From assembly GCA_963736005.1 (NCBI GenBank), contig CAVTNB010000001.1, positions 1,856,001 through 1,920,000 on the forward strand: a stretch of DNA of 64,000 nt. The letters run 5' to 3'. The DNA comes from an uncultured Pseudomonadota bacterium (lineage in GTDB: Bacteria; Vulcanimicrobiota; Vulcanimicrobiia; Eremiobacterales; Eremiobacteraceae). Made by a program: the position numbers and the translations under genes. The notes beneath the pieces were generated by a model. It was given only the letters and a program-made list of their open reading frames with translations. It was not told the DNA's origin and made no database searches. This document shows, one piece after another, positions 1-11,489 of this stretch (its first letter is position 1; every line of letters begins with the position of its first letter).

Positions 1-58
1 CGCGGAGACGAAAGCGGCGCTCGACGCGGCGATCGTCGAGTTCAAGAAGCGATTCTAA
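1..58 (+). CDS. atpA: ATP synthase F1 alpha subunit, C-terminal fragment
   Basis: Frame 2 reads AETKAALDAAIVEFKKRF-stop, directly abutting atpG; AtpA-like C-terminus and expected operon order. Confidence 0.8.
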   Translation, partial: AETKAALDAAIVEFKKRF

Positions 59-931
59 ATGGCCACGCTCCGCCAGCTTCGCGACCGCGTCAAGTCGCTG
101 CGCAACACCCAGCAGATCACGCGTGCGATGAAAATGGTGGCTGGCGCGCGCATTCGCCGAGCCGAGCTCGCGATGCGCGCAGCGCGTCCGTACGCGGCGG
201 CGATCACAGAGATGCTGCGAGCGCTCGTGGCAACTGGTGGCGCACAGCATCCGCTGCTCGAGAAGCGCGAGATTCACAACAGCGGAATTGTGCTCATGAC
301 CGCGGACAAGGGGCTCGCCGGCGCTTTCAATTCGAACCTTGCCCGTGCAGGTGCGCTCCTGGCGCGGGAATCAACCAATCCTCGATTCTACCTGGTTGGA
401 ATGAAGGGCCGGGTGCAGATCCGCACGATGCATTTTGCAATCGAGGCCGACTGGCCGCTGCAAAGCAAACCATTTGTCGATCTTGCACGCAATATTGCTA
501 CCCGCGTTTCGGATGATTTTCTCAGCGGCAAAGTTGATGCGGTCACGCTCGTCGCCAGCAGATTTGTTTCGACCATCGTGCAGCGGCCGGTCAGGGCTGG
601 GCTGCTGCCGATTGCGCCAGAGGTCAGCTCCTCAGAGCCTGCGCAGAAGACGCCTGCCTCAGGGTTGCGCAACTCGTTCGAATTTGAACCCGACCCAAAA
701 GCCGTGTTGGCCGCGCTGTTGCCGAAGTATCTCGAGTTCACAATTTTTCAAGCGCTGCTGGAAACCCAAGCCTCGGAATTTGCGGCACGCTTGATCGCTA
801 TGACCAATGCAACCGACAACGCCGGTAAACTGATTGACGAGCTCACCCTGGTGATGAACAAAACGCGCCAAGCGACGATCACGAGAGAGATCTTGGAGAT
901 TGTTGGCGGCGCCGAAGCTTTACGATCATAA
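59..931 (+). CDS. atpG: ATP synthase F1 gamma subunit
   Basis: QITRAMKMVA, DKGLAGAFN, ARLIAMTNATDNA and RQATITREILEIVGGA motifs. Confidence 0.98.
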   Translation: MATLRQLRDRVKSLRNTQQITRAMKMVAGARIRRAELAMRAARPYAAAITEMLRALVATGGAQHPLLEKREIHNSGIVLMTADKGLAGAFNSNLARAGALLARESTNPRFYLVGMKGRVQIRTMHFAIEADWPLQSKPFVDLARNIATRVSDDFLSGKVDAVTLVASRFVSTIVQRPVRAGLLPIAPEVSSSEPAQKTPASGLRNSFEFEPDPKAVLAALLPKYLEFTIFQALLETQASEFAARLIAMTNATDNAGKLIDELTLVMNKTRQATITREILEIVGGAEALRS

Positions 932-932
932 T

Positions 933-957
933 GTAGCAGCGGACCTTTAGGTCCGCT
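933..957 (+). repeat. REP-like hairpin, family A (GTAG-C-AGCGGACCT...GGTCCGCT)
   Basis: GTAG followed by a palindrome; near-identical copy at 23157-23182, variants at 14468 and 21075. Confidence 0.75.
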
Positions 958-961
958 ATAA

Positions 962-2392
<1,431 letters not shown>

Positions 2393-2397
2393 GACGA

Positions 2398-2826
2398 ATG
2401 CCAGCGCCATTTCGGCTATCGATCATCAATCCAAGCGCCATCCGGTTTGACGGCGACGTCGACATCGTCGTCGCACCAGGTGCGGCTGGCGACCTTGGCG
2501 TGTACGTGAATCACGCGCCGATGCTCACGACCTTGCGACCCGGCGTAGTGAGCGCAAACGCGGTCGCGGGCGCCGACGCAAAAGCCGAACCCGGCCGCGT
2601 GCGGTTCGCGGTCGACAGCGGTTTCATGCAGATACTTGCCGATAAGGTTATCATTCTCACCGATGCCGCTCTGCGGCCTGAGGATGTGAACGTCGAAGAG
2701 GCCAGAGCCGATCTTCGGCGGGCCGAAGAGGCGCTCGCGCAGAAGCGTGGTGCGGACGATCGCGCTGAACGCCATGCCCTGGCTTGGGCACAAGCGCGCT
2801 TGGACGTCACGCAGCGGCCTGTCTAA
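2398..2826 (+). CDS. atpC: ATP synthase F1 epsilon subunit
   Basis: GDLGVYVNHAPMLTTLRPG, GFMQI, C-terminal helical hairpin; follows atpD. Confidence 0.95.
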   Translation: MPAPFRLSIINPSAIRFDGDVDIVVAPGAAGDLGVYVNHAPMLTTLRPGVVSANAVAGADAKAEPGRVRFAVDSGFMQILADKVIILTDAALRPEDVNVEEARADLRRAEEALAQKRGADDRAERHALAWAQARLDVTQRPV

Positions 2827-2857
2827 GAGTGGGCTCAAGGGTTCGTCGCGGTACGGA

Positions 2858-2882
2858 CGCGCGAATAAATTCGCGCGACTAC
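2858..2882 (-). repeat. REP-like hairpin, family B (GTAGTCGCGCGAATTTATTCGCGCG)
   Basis: 25-nt exact match to 51779-51803; variants at 63643 and 63680. Confidence 0.8.
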
Positions 2883-2893
2883 ACAAAAAATAT

Positions 2894-4255
2894 ATGGATT
2901 CACTTGAGGGTCTTCGGACCAGACTGATCGTCGAGGGCGGGCGCCGCCTCGAAGGCAGCATTGCACCGCCGGGTGCGAAGAATGCCGCGCTGCCGATCAT
3001 GGCGGCGGCGATCTTGTGCGAGGGCGAGATCGTTCTGCATCGTGTGCCGCGCATCACCGACGTCGACGTCATGGTCGCGATACTCGAATCTCTTGGTGCG
3101 CGCGTGCGAGAGCAGCCGGGCGCAACGCTCGTGATCGATGCATCGTCGATTAATTCGCACACGGCGCCGTATGCGCTCGTGAGCCGACTCAACGCGTCCT
3201 TTGACGTTACAGGTGCGCTCTTGGGACGATTCGGCCAAGCCGAGGTCCCGAGGCCAGGTGGGTGCGTCTTAGGCCCGCGTGCTGTTGACATGCACCTGGC
3301 TGGCTTCGAGCAGCTCGGCGCCAAAGTCGATCTCGAACATGGGTCGGTCGTCGTGACGGCACCACGGCTGCACGGCACAACTATAGCGCTGGCCAAGCCA
3401 AGCGTGGGTGCCACCAAGAACATCATCCTCGCTGCGGTTCGCGCGCACGGAACAACGACCATCGAAAATGCAGCGCGCGAGCCCGAGGTCGTCGACGTTG
3501 CGGATTTTCTGGTCTCCATGGGGGCAAAGGTTTCCGGTCAGGGAACGCCCACGATCGTCGTCGAGGGCGTCAGCAAACTGCACGGCTGCGAATACACGAT
3601 CATCCCAGACCGCCTCGTCGCGGGGACGTACCTGCTCGGCGCGGCCATCACGGCGGGAGACGTGACGGTGACAGGTTTGGACCCAGTGATGCTTGCCAGC
3701 CTGTGCGACGCGCTTACCGCAACGGGCGCACACGCGCAGGCCGCAGGCGTCAACTTGCGCGTTCGCAACAAGCGGCCATGGAAGGCGCTCGACATCACGA
3801 CCGCTCCGTACCCAGGCTTTCCCACCGACCTGCAACCGCTCTTGGTTGCCTATCTTTCCTTGGCACAAGGAACCTCGACCGTCGAAGAAACAATCTTCGA
3901 CGCTCGCTTCGTCTACGTGAGCGAACTGGCGCGCATGGGAGCGGACATTACCGTCTCAGGTCGAATCGCTACGGTGCGCGGAGTTCCCAAGCTCAAGGAT
4001 GCCGTGGTTGAGGCACCAGATATCCGGGCCGGCGGTGCGCTCGTCCTTGCGGCGCTGGCTGCGGACGGCACGACGGAGATTGGCGGCCTCGAGTACATCG
4101 ATCGAGGCTTTGAGTTTTTCGAAGAACGTCTCGCGTCACTTGGAGCATCGGTCGTCCGCGCCAGTGGCGTCGCGCCCGTAACGCCAAAGCCGGACTTCGT
4201 TGACACGATGAAACTGCCAAAGATCGTCACGCCGTTTCGTATTCAATCGACATAG
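2894..4255 (+). CDS. murA: UDP-N-acetylglucosamine 1-carboxyvinyltransferase
   Basis: GAKNAALP, PGGCVLGPR (active-site Cys retained), AAREPEV, PYPGFPTDLQ, DIRAGG; start placed at ATG 2894 after the repeat. Confidence 0.97.
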   Translation: MDSLEGLRTRLIVEGGRRLEGSIAPPGAKNAALPIMAAAILCEGEIVLHRVPRITDVDVMVAILESLGARVREQPGATLVIDASSINSHTAPYALVSRLNASFDVTGALLGRFGQAEVPRPGGCVLGPRAVDMHLAGFEQLGAKVDLEHGSVVVTAPRLHGTTIALAKPSVGATKNIILAAVRAHGTTTIENAAREPEVVDVADFLVSMGAKVSGQGTPTIVVEGVSKLHGCEYTIIPDRLVAGTYLLGAAITAGDVTVTGLDPVMLASLCDALTATGAHAQAAGVNLRVRNKRPWKALDITTAPYPGFPTDLQPLLVAYLSLAQGTSTVEETIFDARFVYVSELARMGADITVSGRIATVRGVPKLKDAVVEAPDIRAGGALVLAALAADGTTEIGGLEYIDRGFEFFEERLASLGASVVRASGVAPVTPKPDFVDTMKLPKIVTPFRIQST

Positions 4256-5242
<987 letters not shown>

Positions 5243-5245
5243 CCC

Positions 5246-7486
5246 TTGCCAGCTTTCGCGTACCGATATCCGGTTGACAAGCTCCTCACGGGAGCGTCGT
5301 TCGGCAACCTCGAGACATTTCTCAAGCTCACGCCGCATAGCGAAGTCGCCGGCTTGTGGAGCGCGCGCGACAATCAGTACTACTGCGGACGTTGGATCAC
5401 TCATATGTTCGTGAACGGCGAGCGCGCAGTCCCCATCGATACGACCCACGCACAGGCATATCAGGCAACGTCGTACACCTGCGGCGGACTCCGGATTTCG
5501 AAACAGACGTTCTTACCGATGTGCGAACCGCTCTCGGTGCTGCGCACGCTCGTCACGCTAGAGAACCCAACAGCGCAGGCAGTAGAAGCCGCGGTCATAT
5601 GCGACGTTCACTATCCGGCATTCGTGTGGCCCGGTACCTACAAAGTGCCAGACCATGCCCAGCGCAACAAACGCGTCCGCAATCGCGAGGAAGATGGACT
5701 GATCATCACAGCGACACTCGACCGACCGAGCGAGGTGCGCGTTTTTGGCAGTGATGCCGAAGTTGTCTCGACGTATGTTTCCGACCGCGGATTCTCGCGC
5801 ACCTATTCCGTTTGTGTGCCGGCTCAAGATACCGCAACAATTTCCTTCGCGCTGGCGATCAGCGATCAGGGAGAAGCAGCTGCGCTGCGCACCTATCGGG
5901 AAGCTCCCGACGCGCGCGTTGCGCTGAGCGAGACAGATGATTTTTACGAGCGCTTGCTGCGCACTGGGTATCTGCGCACTCCCGATCCGCTCCTCAACCG
6001 AGCCATTGACTGGGCCAAGGTCAGCACCGTGCGAGTGCAGCACCGCTTTCCGGCCGGTCACGGCTTCACCAACGACCCTTCGCAAGACATTGTCGTGATC
6101 CGCGATGCCGCATGGTATGCGTTGGGGTCCGATTATGTCACGCCTGAGTTTTCAAGGCGATTGTTCGAGCTGATTGCCCGGCACGGTATTGAGCACGGAG
6201 GCATGGTCACCGAGTACATCATGGCCTGCACCGACCCTCCCTTCAAGAGCGACTACGATCTCAACATCAACGACGATACGCCGCTCATTGTGTGTGCTGC
6301 CTATCATTACTACTCGGTCACCCACGACCGCGCAGCGCTTGACTACCTCTGGCCGATGGTACGGGGCGCCTGCGACTGGATCATCTCACAGACGCGCAAC
6401 GGACTGATCATCGCGCATTCGCAGGAAGCGAACGTGTGGGGAATCTCGGGGTGGCGCAACATCATTCCGCAGAGCCAAATCTCAGGAGCGGTAACAGAAA
6501 TCAACGCGGAGTGTGCGCACGCGCTGCGACTGGCTTCATCGTTGGCTCGCATTATGGGCGACACGGAGACAGCCGACCGATACCGCGCGGCGGGCGACAC
6601 CTTGAAAGAAACCATCAACCGCCAGTTGGTCAGCGACAAGACTGGTCTCTACCTGCTCAACATCGACCCCGAAGGCGAACCCCACCACGACATCACAGGG
6701 GATCAGATTTTTCCCGTGCTCTTTGCCATCGCCGATGAAGATCGGAAGCGCCGGATTTTGGAACTCTTGTATGCGTCCGAATTCTGGACTCCATTTGGGA
6801 TACGCACGGTGGGGCGCAAGCAGCAAGAGTACGATCCGGATCATGGAGTGCAGCTGCTGGGGGGCATCTGGCCCAATCTCACCGCATGGGTCGCTTACTG
6901 CAGCAAATCGTATTCACCGCGCCGCATGGTGTCCGCGATGCGCAATATTTGGAAAATTAGCGAAGTCGAGAATCCAAAGGCGTATCACAACGTCATGCCG
7001 GGCCTCTTCCCCGAACGCCTTTCAGGCGAGACGTTCAAGAGTCGTGGGATGGCGATGAGCCCATGGGTGCCACCCACCTACTTGTGGCTCGCCTACGAAG
7101 GTCCGTTGGGGTTCGAACCCTCGCCCGATGGGCTGCGCGTGAATCCACATTTACCCGCCGATTGGAAGTGGATTGGGGTGCGTGACATTCCTATCATGGG
7201 AACGACCATGTCGTGCTTTTATTATCGTCGCACGCTCTACTCGTCCATCCCCTGTGCCTCACGGGGTCACTGCGTCGTGCTCAAGGAGGACGTTAGCCGC
7301 CATATCGAGTGCGATGCCCCATTTGCGGTAGCGTTGGCCAACGATCGCGAGACGCTGGTGTTTGTCGGTACGGATCGTGATGGCCAATTTTCGCTTCGAT
7401 TGCTTCCCCCGATTGTGAGCGAAGCATCGACCCAGACGCTCACCCTTGGCGCAGGGGATGCCCGCCTCTTCAAGATCCGGAAATAA
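5246..7486 (+). CDS. Six-hairpin glycosidase (amylo-alpha-1,6-glucosidase / glycogen debranching C-terminal-like)
   Basis: 746 aa; RDAAW, DDTPL, VTEINAE, TPFGIRT and GGIWP motifs typical of (alpha/alpha)6 glycosidases. Confidence 0.65.
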   Translation: MPAFAYRYPVDKLLTGASFGNLETFLKLTPHSEVAGLWSARDNQYYCGRWITHMFVNGERAVPIDTTHAQAYQATSYTCGGLRISKQTFLPMCEPLSVLRTLVTLENPTAQAVEAAVICDVHYPAFVWPGTYKVPDHAQRNKRVRNREEDGLIITATLDRPSEVRVFGSDAEVVSTYVSDRGFSRTYSVCVPAQDTATISFALAISDQGEAAALRTYREAPDARVALSETDDFYERLLRTGYLRTPDPLLNRAIDWAKVSTVRVQHRFPAGHGFTNDPSQDIVVIRDAAWYALGSDYVTPEFSRRLFELIARHGIEHGGMVTEYIMACTDPPFKSDYDLNINDDTPLIVCAAYHYYSVTHDRAALDYLWPMVRGACDWIISQTRNGLIIAHSQEANVWGISGWRNIIPQSQISGAVTEINAECAHALRLASSLARIMGDTETADRYRAAGDTLKETINRQLVSDKTGLYLLNIDPEGEPHHDITGDQIFPVLFAIADEDRKRRILELLYASEFWTPFGIRTVGRKQQEYDPDHGVQLLGGIWPNLTAWVAYCSKSYSPRRMVSAMRNIWKISEVENPKAYHNVMPGLFPERLSGETFKSRGMAMSPWVPPTYLWLAYEGPLGFEPSPDGLRVNPHLPADWKWIGVRDIPIMGTTMSCFYYRRTLYSSIPCASRGHCVVLKEDVSRHIECDAPFAVALANDRETLVFVGTDRDGQFSLRLLPPIVSEASTQTLTLGAGDARLFKIRK

Positions 7487-7488
7487 TT

Positions 7489-7537
7489 GTAGGGGCGATT
7501 GGAAAATCGCCCCTCGTCGCGAAGAATTTATTCGCGA
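7489..7537 (+). repeat. Composite REP-like element (family C hairpin plus family B hairpin)
   Basis: GTAGGGGCGATTGGAAAATCGCCCCT followed by TCGCGAAGAATTTATTCGCGA, 2 nt after the upstream stop codon. Confidence 0.8.
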
Positions 7538-7561
7538 GAATTCAAGTTTCTAACGAGGCGG

Positions 7562-7792
7562 CTAGACTCTGGAGAGCAGCGACAACGCGGGCTGCGTGCG
7601 GCGCTTCACGAACGCGCGCATGTGAGCCATGCGGCGGCGAGTGCGGCGGACAATGCGTCGGCGCTGCGCATTCGCGCGAAGACGGAGCCCTTGACCTAGA
7701 GCAATAGGTGCCATGGCAGAGGAAAATGCGGTAAAGGCCACCATGAGACCGACGAGAAATACTTGCTGTCGTATGCGTGACACTGTATACAC
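7562..7792 (-). CDS. Possible small membrane-anchored Arg-rich protein
   Basis: Fills the intergenic gap; hydrophobic segment followed by a very basic tail; no family recognised. Confidence 0.35.
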   Translation of the reverse strand: MYTVSRIRQQVFLVGLMVAFTAFSSAMAPIALGQGLRLRANAQRRRIVRRTRRRMAHMRAFVKRRTQPALSLLSRV

Positions 7793-7836
7793 GCTTTCCG
7801 AGATGGTCTAGGCGGTCCTTCAGGTACAGGCCCAAA

Positions 7837-8472
7837 TTGCGCATTCTTCGTTCAACGCAGCGGTCCACCGACCAGATTGTGGCGGAAGTCGCAGGTTGCG
7901 TGCAATCAGGCGGTACGATCATCTTTCCAACGGAGACGGTTTACGGGATAGGGTGCGATCCAGAAAACAGCGTTGCGATCGATGCAATCTTTGCGGCAAA
8001 AGCTCGTCCGAATGAGAAACCACTGGCGTTGCACGTGACCAGTCTCGCACAAGCGCAACCGTTCGTGCGTGAGTGGAGCGATCTCGCGTTGTGCGCCATC
8101 GAACGATTTTGGCCGGGGCCAGTCGCGATCGTCGTGGCGCGTAAGCAGGATCGAGGCATGCGGGCCGCGCGCGGTTTGCCAACGATTTCGCTACGCTGTC
8201 CGAGTCACGATCTTTGTCTGGCAATCCTAACAAGAACCGGTCCCTTAGCGGCGACCTCCGCGAACCACTCCGGCGAGCAGGCATTTGTGGGTTTGGATGG
8301 GACCGAGGCACTCATACCGGATGCCAGTCTCGCGGTCCTCGCGGGTCCCACACTGCTGCAAGCTGAGAGCACAATCATCGATTGCACGGGCGATTCTGTG
8401 GTCGTGCTTCGGGAGGGTGCCGTGCCCGCTCGCACGATCAGCGCGGGCTTAGGAACTTTGCGGCCGGTTTGA
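7837..8472 (+). CDS. tsaC: L-threonylcarbamoyladenylate synthase (YrdC/Sua5 domain)
   Basis: FPTETVYGIG, AKARPNEKPL, FWPGP, TSANHSG, STIID; start uncertain (TTG 7837; ORF open from 7777). Confidence 0.93.
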   Translation: MRILRSTQRSTDQIVAEVAGCVQSGGTIIFPTETVYGIGCDPENSVAIDAIFAAKARPNEKPLALHVTSLAQAQPFVREWSDLALCAIERFWPGPVAIVVARKQDRGMRAARGLPTISLRCPSHDLCLAILTRTGPLAATSANHSGEQAFVGLDGTEALIPDASLAVLAGPTLLQAESTIIDCTGDSVVVLREGAVPARTISAGLGTLRPV

Positions 8473-8486
8473 TAAGTTCCCAAGGC

Positions 8487-9560
8487 ATGACGCAAAGACG
8501 AACTGCCGCACGCCAAATCGCAGCGCTGGGCGCATGTCTTGTCGTAGCTGCCTCACACGATCTCGCGCTGGCGGACGCAAAGATCGGAAAATTCACCGTG
8601 ACCTTCGCCGAGGGCGTCTTCCACCGGAATGGCGATTTTATCATTCCGGGAGCGGTGAACGGCGTCTCACCCGACGGCGATTTCAAGGCCGACCGCGCCT
8701 TTGGCAACTACCAACGTCAGGACGTCACCCTCGTCGGCCATGTCGTCATGCATCAGCGCGCGATCCAAAGCCATGGACCGCCCCAGCCACCCATGACCTT
8801 GACGAGCAATCAGCTCCGCGTTGAAGGCAAGACCGACATCTATACGGCAACGGGCTCGGTCGTGGTGGTTCAAGGCAATCGCCAATTGCACAGCGACTAT
8901 TTGCGGCTCGACAACTCGACGCACGAGGGTCTTTTGCGTGGTGGTGTCGTGGCGCAGGAAAACGACCGCGTCGTGAACACGAATGAGGTTCACTACAATA
9001 CGTTGAGCGGCTCGCTTTTGGTGCCAAGCGCGCTGACCGGTTTTTCTTCTGATACAGATTTTCGGGCGGATCGGGCCGTGGGCAACAACAAGGCCGGCTC
9101 GTTCACCATGATCGGCAACGTCGTCGTTCACCGCTTCAACTATGGCAAGGCAAACAATTCAAGCGAGCCCTTGACGCTTTGGTGTGACAAGCTCGATATC
9201 ACCAATCGACCGCAGGCAACCTACACGGCCACCGGTCACGTGAAAGTTGCTCAAGGCGATCGAACGCTGGTTGCGCCCATGTTGCGGCTCAACGATACGA
9301 CCCACATTGCCGACATGACCGGTGGGGTGCATGGCGAAGAGAAACCGGATCGCACGTTTGATGCCGCAGAACTCCTGTACAATACTCAGACGGAGGACTT
9401 CAAGGCACTTGGTGGCGTTAAGGCGACGTTTCCCTTCCGCAGAGCAGCGTTCGCTCCGACTGCGACGCCGTCGCCTGGCCCAAGTGCTTTGCCGAAGGCG
9501 TCACCAACCGCGCAGGCTAGCCCGCTTCCCAGCGTCACTCCACACGCTGTCCCAACCTAA
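8487..9560 (+). CDS. Secreted LptA/OstA-like beta-jellyroll protein with an internal tandem duplication
   Basis: Signal peptide; duplicated DF(K/R)ADRA.GN...YTATG.V.V.QG.R.L...GGV...YNT units; Pro/Ala/Ser/Thr-rich tail. Confidence 0.75.
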   Translation: MTQRRTAARQIAALGACLVVAASHDLALADAKIGKFTVTFAEGVFHRNGDFIIPGAVNGVSPDGDFKADRAFGNYQRQDVTLVGHVVMHQRAIQSHGPPQPPMTLTSNQLRVEGKTDIYTATGSVVVVQGNRQLHSDYLRLDNSTHEGLLRGGVVAQENDRVVNTNEVHYNTLSGSLLVPSALTGFSSDTDFRADRAVGNNKAGSFTMIGNVVVHRFNYGKANNSSEPLTLWCDKLDITNRPQATYTATGHVKVAQGDRTLVAPMLRLNDTTHIADMTGGVHGEEKPDRTFDAAELLYNTQTEDFKALGGVKATFPFRRAAFAPTATPSPGPSALPKASPTAQASPLPSVTPHAVPT

Positions 9561-9720
9561 CGCGCTTCCCAACGAGCGCGACCTGTTCTTTTCTGCGCGT
9601 GTGACGCTGGTCACGCGCATTCTCATTCAAATGAATGTCTCATATGTGCACACCGATGACTGATTAAGGTGTCGCATGTGCGCCAGTTGAGCTGGCGCTG
9701 CTTCCAAGGGGACCATTCGC

Positions 9721-11406
9721 TTGCTCGACTTTATCGATCGAAAATTTACCGACGTTCTCATTGAAAAGGGTAGCCTCACCCAGGAGCACCTTGATAAGGC
9801 TCTCCAAACCGCCGAGGCGAAGGGCGAACCGCTCGAAAAAGTTCTGGTCGATATGCGTTTGGCGCCCAAAGACGAAATCATGTGGGCGCGCGCGGAAGAG
9901 TTGGGCAAGATTTACGTCGATCTGTCCAACCGCAAAATCGACGCCGACACCGCGACGATCATTCCGGAGCCTGCAGCCCGCCGGCACCATCTCCTGTGCA
10001 TTGGCAGGGTGGAAAACAAGATCACCCTGGCGATGGCCGATCCAACGGACATTCTCGCGCTCGATGACGTTCGCATCCGAACCGGCCTTGTGCCAGAACC
10101 CGTGCTATCGTTTTACGATGACATCGAACGGGCCATCGATGCGGCGTACAACAGCGGCGACAATAAGTGGCAAGAGATCGTCAGCGAAACGGGCGAGGGG
10201 CTCGACCTCGTCAAAGAGCAGGAGATGCCCGACGAGGTTCTCGTCGACGCACCCATCGTCCGTCTTGCGGACCTCATTGTCACGCAAGCGATCGCGCAAA
10301 AAGCCTCCGATATTCACATCGAACCATTTGAGCGACAGCTCGTCGTGCGCTACCGAGTCGATGGTTTGCTGCGCGAGGTGATGAGTCCACCCAAAACGTT
10401 GCAGCAGGCGCTGATTTCCCGGTTCAAGATCATGGCGAATCTGAACATTGCCGAAAAGCGCGTGCCGCAAGACGGCCGCATCCAGGTCAATATCAAGCGC
10501 GATCGATATGACCTGCGCGTGGCCTGCTTGCCGTGCCTCTGGGGTGAATCGGTCGTTATGCGAATCCTCGACCGCAAGAATGTCATGGTCGAACTGGATC
10601 AGCTGGGATTCCACGTCGACATCCTAGAGCGCTGGAAGAAACTGATCACGATGCCCAACGGAGTTATTCTCGTCACGGGCCCCACGGGTTCTGGTAAATC
10701 AACGACGCTCTACGCGACGCTCAATGCCATCAACGATCCCAACACCAAGATCGTCACGATCGAAGACCCGGTCGAGTACAACATCCAGGGCATCAATCAA
10801 GTCCAAGTGCATCCGAAGGTGGGGCTCACTTTTGCCGCCGGCTTACGCGCCTTCTTGCGACAGGACCCGGATGTCATGATGGTCGGTGAAATCCGAGACC
10901 ACGAAACCGCACTCATCGCGGTCCAATCAGCTTTGACGGGGCATCTCGTGCTTTCGACGCTGCACACGAATGACTCGGTATCGGCGATGACGCGCCTGAT
11001 CGACATGGGCGTTGAACCATTCTTGCTCGCATCGTCCGTGCAAGGCATCATGGCTCAGCGGCTGGTGCGCACGGTGTGCCGGGCATGCAAGCGAAGCATC
11101 AAAGTGGTCAAAGCAATGCATGCAAAGTTTGAAGAGTACCATATTCCGATCGCGTCGCTCCAGCTCACTCGCGGCGAAGGCTGCGACGAGTGTGCGGGGT
11201 CCGGGTATAAGGGCCGAGCCGGCATTCACGAGCTGGTCGTCATGACCGATGAAATTCGCCGAATGATTTTGGATCGAACCTCGACCGCGGACCTCAAGGC
11301 GTTGGCCCTCAGCCAAGGTTTGCGCACGCTCTATCACGATGGGTTGATGAAGGTGGCCCAAGGCGTCACGACGCTCGAAGAAGTTCTGCGCGTCGCCTCC
11401 GACTAA
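9721..11406 (+). CDS. pilB: Type IV pilus / T2SS assembly ATPase (PilB/GspE family)
   Basis: ASDIHIEP, PQDGR, GPTGSGKST, TIEDPVE, LRQDPD, STLHTND, CxxC...CxxC zinc site. Confidence 0.93.
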   Translation: MLDFIDRKFTDVLIEKGSLTQEHLDKALQTAEAKGEPLEKVLVDMRLAPKDEIMWARAEELGKIYVDLSNRKIDADTATIIPEPAARRHHLLCIGRVENKITLAMADPTDILALDDVRIRTGLVPEPVLSFYDDIERAIDAAYNSGDNKWQEIVSETGEGLDLVKEQEMPDEVLVDAPIVRLADLIVTQAIAQKASDIHIEPFERQLVVRYRVDGLLREVMSPPKTLQQALISRFKIMANLNIAEKRVPQDGRIQVNIKRDRYDLRVACLPCLWGESVVMRILDRKNVMVELDQLGFHVDILERWKKLITMPNGVILVTGPTGSGKSTTLYATLNAINDPNTKIVTIEDPVEYNIQGINQVQVHPKVGLTFAAGLRAFLRQDPDVMMVGEIRDHETALIAVQSALTGHLVLSTLHTNDSVSAMTRLIDMGVEPFLLASSVQGIMAQRLVRTVCRACKRSIKVVKAMHAKFEEYHIPIASLQLTRGEGCDECAGSGYKGRAGIHELVVMTDEIRRMILDRTSTADLKALALSQGLRTLYHDGLMKVAQGVTTLEEVLRVASD

Positions 11407-11470
11407 CCCCTACCGATGGGCGACTTGATAGTCGCCCGCTACCATAGGCGCCTTGACAGTCGCCCCCTAC
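11407..11470 (-). repeat. Tandem family C REP-like hairpins between convergent pilB and rarA
   Basis: GGGCGACT-TGAT-AGTCGCCC-GCTAC and a degenerate second copy ending CCCCCTAC. Confidence 0.7.
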
Positions 11471-11489
11471 ACACCCGCTACCATCGGTT

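Noticed and set aside
2416..3519. Long antisense ORFs (this one, 33953-35014, 39376-40512, 59079-60377 and similar)
   Set aside because: Shadows of well-supported genes in GC-rich DNA, with no recognisable motifs
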